A stretch of DNA of 64,000 nt from a bacterium (GTDB lineage Bacteria > JAMCPX01), in assembly GCA_037439545.1 (NCBI GenBank), contig JBBIVV010000005.1:1-64000 (forward strand). The letters are read 5' to 3'. Below are positions 1 to 8,196 of the stretch, in pieces; position 1 is the first letter of the stretch, and every line of letters begins with the position of its first letter. The notes below the pieces were generated by a model that was given only the letters and a program-made list of their open reading frames with translations, was not told the DNA's origin and did not search any database. The translations under genes and the position numbers were made by a program.

Positions 1-9
1 TTTTCAATT

Positions 10-1161
10 CTATACGTCCTGGACAATTTCGACCGGTTCCTCTTCCTTCTCCTCTTCATGCACAAAGACGTTGAAATACTTTGCAAAAAACGCAAAAGCC
101 ATGAAACCTGCCGTTACGAGGAATAGAGAGATCATTATCTCTCCGAAAGCAGGGAAATAATGTGCGCCTGATGAAGCCTCGATACCAGTTATCGCAACAT
201 CGAGCCTGTTCATGATGAAACCTACGATGACAAACATGGATGAAATGAACAAACCCCTGGCGCTTGTCCTTACTGCAGGTATCAGAAGGAGAAGTAACGG
301 TATGATGACCTGCACCAGTGTCTCTATATCGAACATTATGTTCTCGAACCTCGAAGGTAAAACATCACCGAGAACACCCCTGTCGAGAAGGTCGAGTATC
401 TTTATGGTAAGATATAAGATCATTACCAGTACATTGACCCTTGCAAGACCGTTGAGCAGATCGAGCTCTATGCCCTTGCCGAGGAACCGCCTGCTTAAAA
501 ATGATTCCATAGTCACCATCGCAAGTCCTACTGATACCGCGGAGATAAAAAAGAACAGAGGCAGGAACGGCGAGTACCACAATGTATACAGCTTTGCAGG
601 TACGATAAGGAACAGGGAGCCAAGTGATGACTGGTGCAGGGTTGACAGGATAACGCCCAATATCGACAGCGGTATGATCATTACGTGTATTAAACGGTTC
701 AGCCTGTCCATGTTCAACCTTTCGAACACGACGGTGCTGAACTCGAGTGCAAGGACTGTAAGGTAAAGCATGACACACCACGCAACTTCAAACATCACCG
801 AGTGAGGGTTCCAGAAAACTATCGGGTGCCATACATCGTACCATTTCCCAAGGTCGTAAAGCAGCCCTACTGCAACAAGCGTATACCCTAAAAAACCTGT
901 GAGTATTGCAGGCCTGAGAATGGGTTTGTAATGGTCGATATGGAATATGTAAACCGTCAGGGCTATTATAAATCCTCCTGCTGCAAGTCCGACACCCGTT
1001 ATCACGTCAAATGCCACCCATAATCCCCACGGGTATTTATCGCTCAGGTTTGTTACAGCCCCCAGGCCTTGTGTGTACCGTATAATCGTATAATATATGC
1101 CGAGGACCGTTATGACGGCAATCACGATTCTCCAGAAAGTTATCTTCGGAAACCGAAACAT
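10..1161 (-). CDS. NrfD/PsrC-family integral membrane subunit (HybB/HmcC-like quinone-interacting subunit)
   Basis: About 10 hydrophobic helices with motifs GLGAVTNLSDKYPWGLW, DLGKW, SVMFEVAWC and LSTLHQSSLGSL, typical of HybB/HmcC. Start moved to ATG 1161, preceded by AGGAGG. Confidence 0.88.
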   Translation of the reverse strand: MFRFPKITFWRIVIAVITVLGIYYTIIRYTQGLGAVTNLSDKYPWGLWVAFDVITGVGLAAGGFIIALTVYIFHIDHYKPILRPAILTGFLGYTLVAVGLLYDLGKWYDVWHPIVFWNPHSVMFEVAWCVMLYLTVLALEFSTVVFERLNMDRLNRLIHVMIIPLSILGVILSTLHQSSLGSLFLIVPAKLYTLWYSPFLPLFFFISAVSVGLAMVTMESFLSRRFLGKGIELDLLNGLARVNVLVMILYLTIKILDLLDRGVLGDVLPSRFENIMFDIETLVQVIIPLLLLLIPAVRTSARGLFISSMFVIVGFIMNRLDVAITGIEASSGAHYFPAFGEIMISLFLVTAGFMAFAFFAKYFNVFVHEEEKEEEPVEIVQDV

Positions 1162-1253
1162 AACACTTCCTCCTTTTTCTTCCAGGCGCTCGCGTGCATT
1201 CTGCTCATTGTTTTCGCCTTTTTTCTTTTTATTCCGTGAGAGGACGAAGTTCT

Positions 1254-2039
1254 CTAACGGGGGTTGCCCTGCCACCAGTGGTGCCGCTCTTTATGCTCTT
1301 TATGTTCTTCAAACTTCTTAACCTCGTCCCTTCTGCTCGTTATCCACCATATGCCGGTCAACACCACACCGCCGACAACCACGATCGTAGGGACCTTCTC
1401 TAATGCTGCCCATGTGTATACCGGCAGAGGTTTGTCCGGTAACGCTATGTTGAACGGGGCACTGAATTTTTCAAACGATACGCTGGAAACATAAAGGACC
1501 GATGTCCCGCCAACCTCGTGCAATCCGTAAATATGATCCACATACTTGTCCGGATTGTCCATTATCCTTCTGCGTGCTTCCTTGATCAGTTCGTCCCTGT
1601 TGCCGAAGATACTTGCTCCTGTCGGACATGCCGCAGTACACGCGGGTTCTGAACCTTCTTCAATCCTGTCGGAACACAGGTAGCATTTCTGGATATACGG
1701 TATAACCTTGTCCCACTCATATTTCGGTACACTGAAGGGGCATGAATACATACAGTATCTGCATCCTATGCATTTATTTTTATCATAGATCACAGGTCCG
1801 GCTGCTGTTTTCGTGAAAGCACCGACAGGACATACCGACACGCATGTCGGATTCTCGCAATGCATGCACATCCTTCTCACATAGGTGCCGGGAAGCTTTT
1901 CCTCAACGACCGTATACGCTGTAGCAGAGAGATGGTCCTCAAGGGTGAGAGGCTGATTGTTGCGCATCTTGCAGGCCACTTCACACGCCCCGCATCCAAT
2001 GCATTTTGATATATCTATGAGAATGCCCTTCTTTGTCAT
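1254..2039 (-). CDS. 4x[4Fe-4S] ferredoxin-type electron transfer subunit (HybA/HmcB/NrfC-like) with C-terminal membrane anchor
   Basis: Four Cys groups (CIGCGACEVAC, CMHCENPTCVSVCP, CIGCRYCMYSCP, CYLC...CTAACP), the YG..EVGGTSVLY motif and a C-terminal TM helix. Confidence 0.9.
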   Translation of the reverse strand: MTKKGILIDISKCIGCGACEVACKMRNNQPLTLEDHLSATAYTVVEEKLPGTYVRRMCMHCENPTCVSVCPVGAFTKTAAGPVIYDKNKCIGCRYCMYSCPFSVPKYEWDKVIPYIQKCYLCSDRIEEGSEPACTAACPTGASIFGNRDELIKEARRRIMDNPDKYVDHIYGLHEVGGTSVLYVSSVSFEKFSAPFNIALPDKPLPVYTWAALEKVPTIVVVGGVVLTGIWWITSRRDEVKKFEEHKEHKERHHWWQGNPR

Positions 2040-2114
2040 ATGCGCTCCCGTTTTATGCTTTTATATTTCTCTCGTTTTAATATTGGGCAAGACACCCAAC
2101 CTGCAATCAGAAAG

Positions 2115-2801
2115 TTACTGTTTTCTCCCGAGAAACTCTTGTTCGAAGTACTTTGCAGCCTCTTCGTCCATACGGCTCAGCATACCCTCGGTGAGGCAGC
2201 CTCCATCCTGGCTCGTACGTCCAACCTCATACTGCAGTTCATCCTTGATGTAATGAAGATTTTCGCCGAGTGCGAATTCACGGAATCTCTTTATCTCTGC
2301 CTTCAACCATGCAACGGCATCTTCCGCTATCTTCATTATTTTAAGGTTTGCAGATAGATTGGCAGGCTTTACGGTCAACATCCACCCGCTTCCGAACGGA
2401 TTCTTCGCTACCTCTGCCGGATTGGAAAGCATCATGCCGTTTATGCCGATGACTTCACCGTCTACAGGAGATAAGAACCTCAGGGTTTTATTCCCTGCCT
2501 TTACGGTAAATGCCCTTTCACCCTGTTTTAATACACTACTCTGTTCCGGGAATTCTACGTGTTCTATCTCACCTATTACCTTTCTCGCAAAATCGTCGAG
2601 ACCTATATGAACATCCCCGTTTTCAAGTATGTTTACCCATGTATGTCCCGGGTAAAAAAATGTGGTCATCGGCACCCGGAAGTCCGAAAACCCGAGCTGA
2701 GCCGGTTTTACCTGCTTTCCCGTGCGTTTCTTCATGCTTTGGACCACAAGGTCTAAAACCACAAACCCTATAATCGTTATTGCAACCATTATTGCTACCA
2801 T
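2115..2801 (-). CDS. GcvH-like (H-protein fold) protein with N-terminal membrane anchor; canonical lipoyl motif absent
   Basis: Motifs HTWV, IGLDDFA, SPVDGEV..IN and NPFGSGW. Hydrophobic N-terminus MVAIMVAITIIGFVVLDLVV. ATG 2801 follows AGGAGG. Confidence 0.8.
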   Translation of the reverse strand: MVAIMVAITIIGFVVLDLVVQSMKKRTGKQVKPAQLGFSDFRVPMTTFFYPGHTWVNILENGDVHIGLDDFARKVIGEIEHVEFPEQSSVLKQGERAFTVKAGNKTLRFLSPVDGEVIGINGMMLSNPAEVAKNPFGSGWMLTVKPANLSANLKIMKIAEDAVAWLKAEIKRFREFALGENLHYIKDELQYEVGRTSQDGGCLTEGMLSRMDEEAAKYFEQEFLGRKQ

Positions 2802-2830
2802 TTTAGTGTCCTCCTTTTTTTTATTTTTTG

Positions 2831-3562
2831 TTAACCGTTCAGAAGGAACGCCCTTGTAAAACGGAGCCATTCCTCTTCATTCATTACAGCTTCCAGCCTG
2901 TCCATGATAATCCCGCCATCCGTCATTGTTGTACCGATATCCTGGCCTATAATGCTGTGCAGCCTTTCCGACTCGGTTTCTATCCATTTCTTTGCAATCA
3001 TGTCGTGCATAAGCCATTTCATCCCATTATCCTTTACCTTTGCCATGAGTATCCATCCATCACCATACGGATCTCTGTTCAGAATAGTTATATCTTTTTT
3101 AAGAATGCCGTTCACCTCCAGCAACTCACCGTCGACCGGGCTTATTACAAATGCCGCTTTATTGCCGCTGAGTACCTTTACAAAAGCCCTCCCTGCTTTG
3201 AGCATGTTGTTCTGTGCCGTAAATTCTATAGTATCGATACCCTGTAATAACCTGCACGCGAAATCATCGATACCGATCCTTACCCTCTTATCACTTTCTT
3301 CCTTTATCCATGTATGTCCCTGGTGATACAAATACCCGCTCCTCACTTTAAACCCGTTTACATTTTCATCAAAAGCTTTATTCGGTTTATTGAACGTCTT
3401 GTCCTTTGTTTCTATGTATTCTTCACATTTCTGATAACATCCCGATAAGCACAGACTGTCTGTTTTGATCTTGTCTATAGGTATTATCTTTTTAACAGGG
3501 AATAAAAAACAATAACCGAAAGTCTCTGTTCTTAAAAACGGACATCTTTTTACAGCTTCCAT
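2831..3562 (-). CDS. GcvH-like protein with N-terminal Cys-rich domain; canonical lipoyl motif absent
   Basis: Motifs YHQGHTWI, IGIDDFA, SPVDGE..EVN and DPYGDGW. The N-terminus carries five Cys (CPFL...C...C...C...C). ATG 3562 lies 7 nt after AGGAGGT. Confidence 0.8.
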   Translation of the reverse strand: MEAVKRCPFLRTETFGYCFLFPVKKIIPIDKIKTDSLCLSGCYQKCEEYIETKDKTFNKPNKAFDENVNGFKVRSGYLYHQGHTWIKEESDKRVRIGIDDFACRLLQGIDTIEFTAQNNMLKAGRAFVKVLSGNKAAFVISPVDGELLEVNGILKKDITILNRDPYGDGWILMAKVKDNGMKWLMHDMIAKKWIETESERLHSIIGQDIGTTMTDGGIIMDRLEAVMNEEEWLRFTRAFLLNG

Positions 3563-3593
3563 TTTTTTCACCTCCTTTCCTGATTATCTTTAT

Positions 3594-3609
3594 TGCATAC
3601 ATTGTGCCA
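3594..3609 (-). promoter_or_regulatory. Sigma54 (-24/-12) promoter for the gcvH-like/hybA/hybB-like operon
   Basis: The minus strand reads TGGCAC-AATGT-ATGCA, matching TGGCAC-N5-TTGCA with correct GG-N10-GC spacing, about 30 nt upstream of the start codon. A sigma54 activator gene is adjacent. Confidence 0.8.
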
Positions 3610-3694
3610 TGTCCCTGTGAAAACACATATCAACAGATATTATTGATTTATGTAATTGATCTTAAGTTACCGATGAATAAGGATATTTTCAAAT

Positions 3695-3731
3695 TGTCGT
3701 AATATTCTACAATGCGTTGGGTTTCTCTACA
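3695..3731. promoter_or_regulatory. Two tandem candidate enhancer (UAS) sites for the NtrC-family activator
   Basis: TGTcgtaatattctACA (3695-3711) and cGTtgggtttctctACA (3715-3731) are 17 bp each, offset by 20 bp, and lie about 85-120 bp upstream of the -24 element. Confidence 0.5.
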
Positions 3732-3870
3732 ATTTATTCATGGGATCATCTTGCACTCTACCGCTGGATCGATTGAACCGGTGCACACATCAATCCCTGC
3801 TGTGTGCACCGGGATTCTTCAAAATGGTGACAAACCCTTAAATATATTTTACCTTATCCATGGGATTTAT

Positions 3871-5490
3871 ATGCTGAACAGAGGTATTGCGTTTAAGTTG
3901 ATTTTGTACATAACGATTGTACTCATAAGTACACTGGGCATTTTCCTGTATCTGAACATCATGGAACAAAAGAAACAACTGCTCGATGAAGTCGTGAGGG
4001 GCGCAACCCAGTTTAGTGATACTGTTATCAAGAGCACCAGGTATGATATGCTTATGAACCAGAGAGACAATGTCTATAGGATCATCGATTATATCGGAAT
4101 GCAGCAGGGCATCAACAGGGTCAGGATATTCAACAAAGAAGGCAGGATCATGTTTTCGACGGACAAGAACGAGATCGGGAATTTCGTGAACAAGACACAA
4201 GAAGAGTGTTATGCGTGTCACACGGTCGGCAAACCCCTCGAGAAACTGACGACGACAAAAAGAACGCGTATCTTTACTACCTTGCACGGACAGAAGGTGC
4301 TCGGTATGATTACCCCTGTTTACAATGAGCCGGAGTGCTATTCTGCTTCCTGCCATGCACACCCTATCAGTCAAAAGGTACTGGGTGTGCTCGATATAAG
4401 CATGTCCCTCAATACCATAGAACAAGAGATTAAGAATATGGAGATGCACGCTATAATAATAGGAATTATAACGATGTTCCTGCTTTCCGTTTTTATGATA
4501 CTTCTCATTAAGAGTATAATAGATACTCCGATAAAAAGATTAATTGCAGGAACAAACCGCATAGCCCATGGCGATCTCGAGAACCAGATCGTCATAGACA
4601 CCCACGATGAAATGGGAGACCTCGCACATGCATTCAACGCTATGATGGGAAAATTAAAAGAGGCGAACAATGAGCTTCTCAATCTGGTAGAAACACTTGA
4701 AAACAAGGTTGAGGAAAGGACACATGAATTAATGGCGGCGCAGGACAATCTGATCAGGTCCGAAAAACTTGCATCGATCGGCAAGCTTTCGGCAACAGTG
4801 GCACATGAGATAAACAACCCGATAACAGGAGTGCTGACCTATATAAAACTTATGCTCAGGAAGCTCCGTCAGGGCAGTACCGGAGAAGAAGAGATAAAGA
4901 AATATGTGGAGTATCTTTCCATCATGGAGAAAGAGACCGAGCGCACATCGGGTATCGTTAAAAACCTTCTTGATTTTTCAAGACAGAGGGAGCCGCACTA
5001 TAAACTTGTCGATATTAATTCCCTGCTCAGTGATACCCTTATGCTCGTGGGCAACCAGATAAACCTGCAGGGCATTGCGGTCGTTAAATCTTTCTCGACG
5101 CTTCCGTCTACTCTGGCAGATGCGGATCAATTGAAACAGGCCTTCATGAATATTATTATAAATGCATGCGAAGCAATGAAAGAAGGGAATAAAGTACTGA
5201 CCATGGAGACCGGGTTTGATACAGCAAAACGGGATATCGTCATCAGCATCAAAGACACAGGCACAGGAATATCGCAGGAGGACATAAATAAAATATTCGA
5301 ACCTTTTTATACGACAAAAGAAAAAGGAACGGGACTTGGATTGGCTGTTGTTTATGGTATCATTACGAAACATAAAGGCAGGATAGATATTTCAAGCAAA
5401 AAAGGGGAGGGGACCGTGATAAAACTGACTATCCCTCTGAAAAACAGTGGTGCAACCGATAATGACCCATATTTGCATACAACCTTATGA
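3871..5490 (+). CDS. Membrane sensor histidine kinase with periplasmic heme c-type motifs, HAMP, HisKA and HATPase domains
   Basis: Two TM helices flank a periplasmic domain with CYACH and CYSASCH. HAMP (DEMGDLAHAFNAM), H-box VAHEINNP, N-box NACEAM, G-boxes DTGTGI and GTGLGL. Probable start ATG 3871; the ORF is open from 3712. Confidence 0.92.
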   Translation: MLNRGIAFKLILYITIVLISTLGIFLYLNIMEQKKQLLDEVVRGATQFSDTVIKSTRYDMLMNQRDNVYRIIDYIGMQQGINRVRIFNKEGRIMFSTDKNEIGNFVNKTQEECYACHTVGKPLEKLTTTKRTRIFTTLHGQKVLGMITPVYNEPECYSASCHAHPISQKVLGVLDISMSLNTIEQEIKNMEMHAIIIGIITMFLLSVFMILLIKSIIDTPIKRLIAGTNRIAHGDLENQIVIDTHDEMGDLAHAFNAMMGKLKEANNELLNLVETLENKVEERTHELMAAQDNLIRSEKLASIGKLSATVAHEINNPITGVLTYIKLMLRKLRQGSTGEEEIKKYVEYLSIMEKETERTSGIVKNLLDFSRQREPHYKLVDINSLLSDTLMLVGNQINLQGIAVVKSFSTLPSTLADADQLKQAFMNIIINACEAMKEGNKVLTMETGFDTAKRDIVISIKDTGTGISQEDINKIFEPFYTTKEKGTGLGLAVVYGIITKHKGRIDISSKKGEGTVIKLTIPLKNSGATDNDPYLHTTL

Positions 5491-6019
5491 CGGCTGTAAA
5501 AAAGATATAGTGGATGAAATAGCAAAAAGGCTTATGGAAACAATAAAACTACCGGTAAAAATACTGCCTCCTGTAGAGGAACCCGTCTATGCCTTTGACC
5601 CGGGCAGGAAGCAGTACTACTCTACGAAGATCCTCAGGTATATTGTCAACAACCACGACAGTGACGCTCTCAGGACAATAGGTATTATAAATACGGATAT
5701 ATTCATTCCGGTGCTTACCTATGTATTCGGAGAGGCGCAGTTGAACGGCAGGGCTGCACTTGTTTCTTCGGCAAGACTCAAACAGGAGTACTATGGCTTA
5801 AAGCCGGACAGGTCATTGCTGGCCGACAGGCTGTTCAAAGAGGTAATGCATGAACTCGGGCACACATTCGGATTGACACACTGCGGCATTGATTCATGTG
5901 TGATGACTCTGTCGAACAGCACGGCAGGCATTGACCGGAAGACAGCGAATTTTTGCGAAAACCATCGAGACGAATTTATGAAAAAATTGAGGGAATTGGA
6001 GATATACGATGAAAAGTAA
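5447..6019 (+). CDS. Archaemetzincin-family (M54) Zn metalloprotease
   Basis: HELGHTFGLTHC-x4-C-x-M metzincin signature plus RKQY and YVFGEA motifs. Overlaps both neighbouring genes. Confidence 0.88.
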   Translation: MVQPIMTHICIQPYDGCKKDIVDEIAKRLMETIKLPVKILPPVEEPVYAFDPGRKQYYSTKILRYIVNNHDSDALRTIGIINTDIFIPVLTYVFGEAQLNGRAALVSSARLKQEYYGLKPDRSLLADRLFKEVMHELGHTFGLTHCGIDSCVMTLSNSTAGIDRKTANFCENHRDEFMKKLRELEIYDEK

Positions 6020-7367
6020 ACCATGCATAATGATAGTCGATGACGAAGAGATTGTGAGAACATCTCTTTCAAGCTGGCTGCGTGAAGACGGTTATGAAGT
6101 GCTGATAGAAGAGAGCGGAAAACGGGCGCTTGAGGATCTGAAAAACCATGACTGCGATCTCATGCTCGTGGATCTCAAGATGCCGGAGATGGACGGCTTG
6201 CAGTTAATGAAAGAGGTCAAAAAAAGCCTGCCGGATCTTCCTGTCATCATCATGACGGCATATGCAACGGTAGATACGGCCGTAAAGGCCATAAAAGAAG
6301 GTGCTTATGATTATTTTATGAAGCCTTTTGATCCCGAGGAGATCTCCCTGACCATTAAAAAAATCTTAAAACAGCAGAGGCTCGAGCAGGAAAATATCTA
6401 TCTTCGCAAAGAGCTTGCAAAGCAATTCCAGTTCCACCAGTTATACAGCAAGAACAAGAAAATGCAGGAAATCTTCGAGCTTATAAAAACCGTCGCAAAG
6501 ACGGATGTAACGGTTTTGATCCATGGAGAGACAGGGACAGGCAAGGAACTCATAGCAAGGGCACTCCACGCCGAGAGTCTCAGAAAGGACAGGCCTTTTA
6601 TGCCTGTATCGTGTGCGTCTCTCACAGAGACATTGCTGGAGAGCGAATTGTTCGGTCATGAAAAGGGCTCGTTCACGGGTGCCACAAACGCGGTCAAAGG
6701 CGTGTTCGAGGTTGCAGATAAAGGAACGATTTTTCTGGATGAAATAGGCGACATAAGCCAGAAATTACAGATGGACCTGCTCCGTGTCCTTGAGACAAAG
6801 GAGATCATGCGTATTGGCAGCACAGTCCCCATCCCCGTCGATGTGAGGGTTATATCCGCAACAAACAGGGACCTGAAGAAGTCCATTGAGAACAATACCT
6901 TCAGGGAAGACCTCTATTATAGGCTAAATGTTATAACCATCGACATCCCTCCTTTGAGAGAAAAGCCTGAAGACATTCCATTGCTCGTGGAACAGTTGAT
7001 AGAGAAATTCAATGTGGAAACGGGTAAATCCGTGAAAAAAGTAAATGAAGATGCCCTGTCAATGTTCATGCAGTACGGCTGGCCGGGCAATATAAGAGAG
7101 CTCAAGAATGTGATAGAACGAGGGGTTGTCCTTGCAAAAAGCGATATAATTACAATAAATGAAATAGGCCCGTGTCTCGGTAAAAAAACCGAAGACACAG
7201 GCAAGACCGATACCCTGTCTCTTGAGACTATGGAGAGAAACCATATAGCATCGGTATTGAAGAACAATAGCTGGAACATAAGCGTTTCAGCCCAGATACT
7301 CGGTATCGACAGGACGACCCTTTACAATAAAATAAAAAAATATAACCTTGAAGATAACCATAAATAA
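6009..7367 (+). CDS. Sigma54-dependent NtrC/AtoC-family response regulator
   Basis: Receiver domain (VDDE, DLKMP), AAA+ Walker A GETGTGKE, ESELFGHEKGSFTGA, FLDEIG and a C-terminal Fis HTH (LGIDRTTLY). Confidence 0.95.
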   Translation: MKSKPCIMIVDDEEIVRTSLSSWLREDGYEVLIEESGKRALEDLKNHDCDLMLVDLKMPEMDGLQLMKEVKKSLPDLPVIIMTAYATVDTAVKAIKEGAYDYFMKPFDPEEISLTIKKILKQQRLEQENIYLRKELAKQFQFHQLYSKNKKMQEIFELIKTVAKTDVTVLIHGETGTGKELIARALHAESLRKDRPFMPVSCASLTETLLESELFGHEKGSFTGATNAVKGVFEVADKGTIFLDEIGDISQKLQMDLLRVLETKEIMRIGSTVPIPVDVRVISATNRDLKKSIENNTFREDLYYRLNVITIDIPPLREKPEDIPLLVEQLIEKFNVETGKSVKKVNEDALSMFMQYGWPGNIRELKNVIERGVVLAKSDIITINEIGPCLGKKTEDTGKTDTLSLETMERNHIASVLKNNSWNISVSAQILGIDRTTLYNKIKKYNLEDNHK

Positions 7368-7387
7368 TCCCGGGAAAAGGCAGATGC

Positions 7388-8167
7388 ATGGAAAATAAAA
7401 ATACCTTTTGGGACCATATAGAAGAACTGAGAAAACGCCTGATCAGATCAATCATATTTATAGCCGTCGGTGCAACGGTAGGCTTCTATTTTTCGAATTA
7501 CCTGCTGGATCTCGTTGAGCTTCCCTTAAGGCAGAGTCTTGAGGTGTCTCTGCACAAGCCTTATGTACAATTTATAAGCACTGCCCATCCGATAAAATTG
7601 GTTTTTATTACGCCCGTCGAAGCAATATGGACAAACCTGAAACTCGGTTTAATCGCCGGTTTCATCGCAACCCTGCCGTTTGTTTTTTATGAGCTGTGGC
7701 TTTTCATCAAGCCTGGTCTCTATCCGAATGAAAAAAATTATGTGCGGTTGTTCGTTGTTTCGGCAGGCGTATCCTTCTTAATCGGGGGCGCCTTTAGCTT
7801 TATTATTATACTGCCCTTTGCCATGCAATTTCTTCTCAATTATGGGGCTGCGAATCTTGTCCCCATGATAAGTGTCGGCCAATACGTGGATTTCTGCCTC
7901 CAATTCATACTGTCTTTCGGCATAATATTCGAACTTCCGTTTGCCATGTTGATACTGGTGGCAATGGGCATCCTTACACCGAAGGGACTCGCTGAAAAGA
8001 GAAAATTTGCCATTGTCGGCGCCTTTATTCTCGGGGCTATTCTGAGCCCCAGTCCGGATGTGTTCAATCAAACACTGATTGCAGTACCTTTGATCCTTCT
8101 CTACGAAACAGGTATACTCCTCTCACGGGCATTCATAAAAAAAAGGGAGAAGAGCACGCCTGCTTAG
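7388..8167 (+). CDS. tatC: Twin-arginine translocase subunit TatC
   Basis: FWDHIEELRKRL, W.FIKPGLY..EK, FELP and SPDVFNQ motifs with six TM helices. Confidence 0.93.
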   Translation: MENKNTFWDHIEELRKRLIRSIIFIAVGATVGFYFSNYLLDLVELPLRQSLEVSLHKPYVQFISTAHPIKLVFITPVEAIWTNLKLGLIAGFIATLPFVFYELWLFIKPGLYPNEKNYVRLFVVSAGVSFLIGGAFSFIIILPFAMQFLLNYGAANLVPMISVGQYVDFCLQFILSFGIIFELPFAMLILVAMGILTPKGLAEKRKFAIVGAFILGAILSPSPDVFNQTLIAVPLILLYETGILLSRAFIKKREKSTPA

Positions 8168-8196
8168 AAGGCATGGGACTTAAAATCTTGCCGGGA

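Noticed and set aside
2115..3571. Annotation as a true glycine cleavage system
   Set aside because: The ESVK lipoyl motif is absent, extra domains are present, and there are no gcvT/gcvP/lpd genes in the window.
3625..3665. IHF site between the enhancer and the sigma54 promoter
   Set aside because: Only the WATCAA half matches and the TTR element is missing.
3712..3870. N-terminal 53-aa extension of the sensor kinase
   Set aside because: It overlaps the divergent regulatory region. ATG 3871 directly precedes the first TM helix and is the more plausible start.
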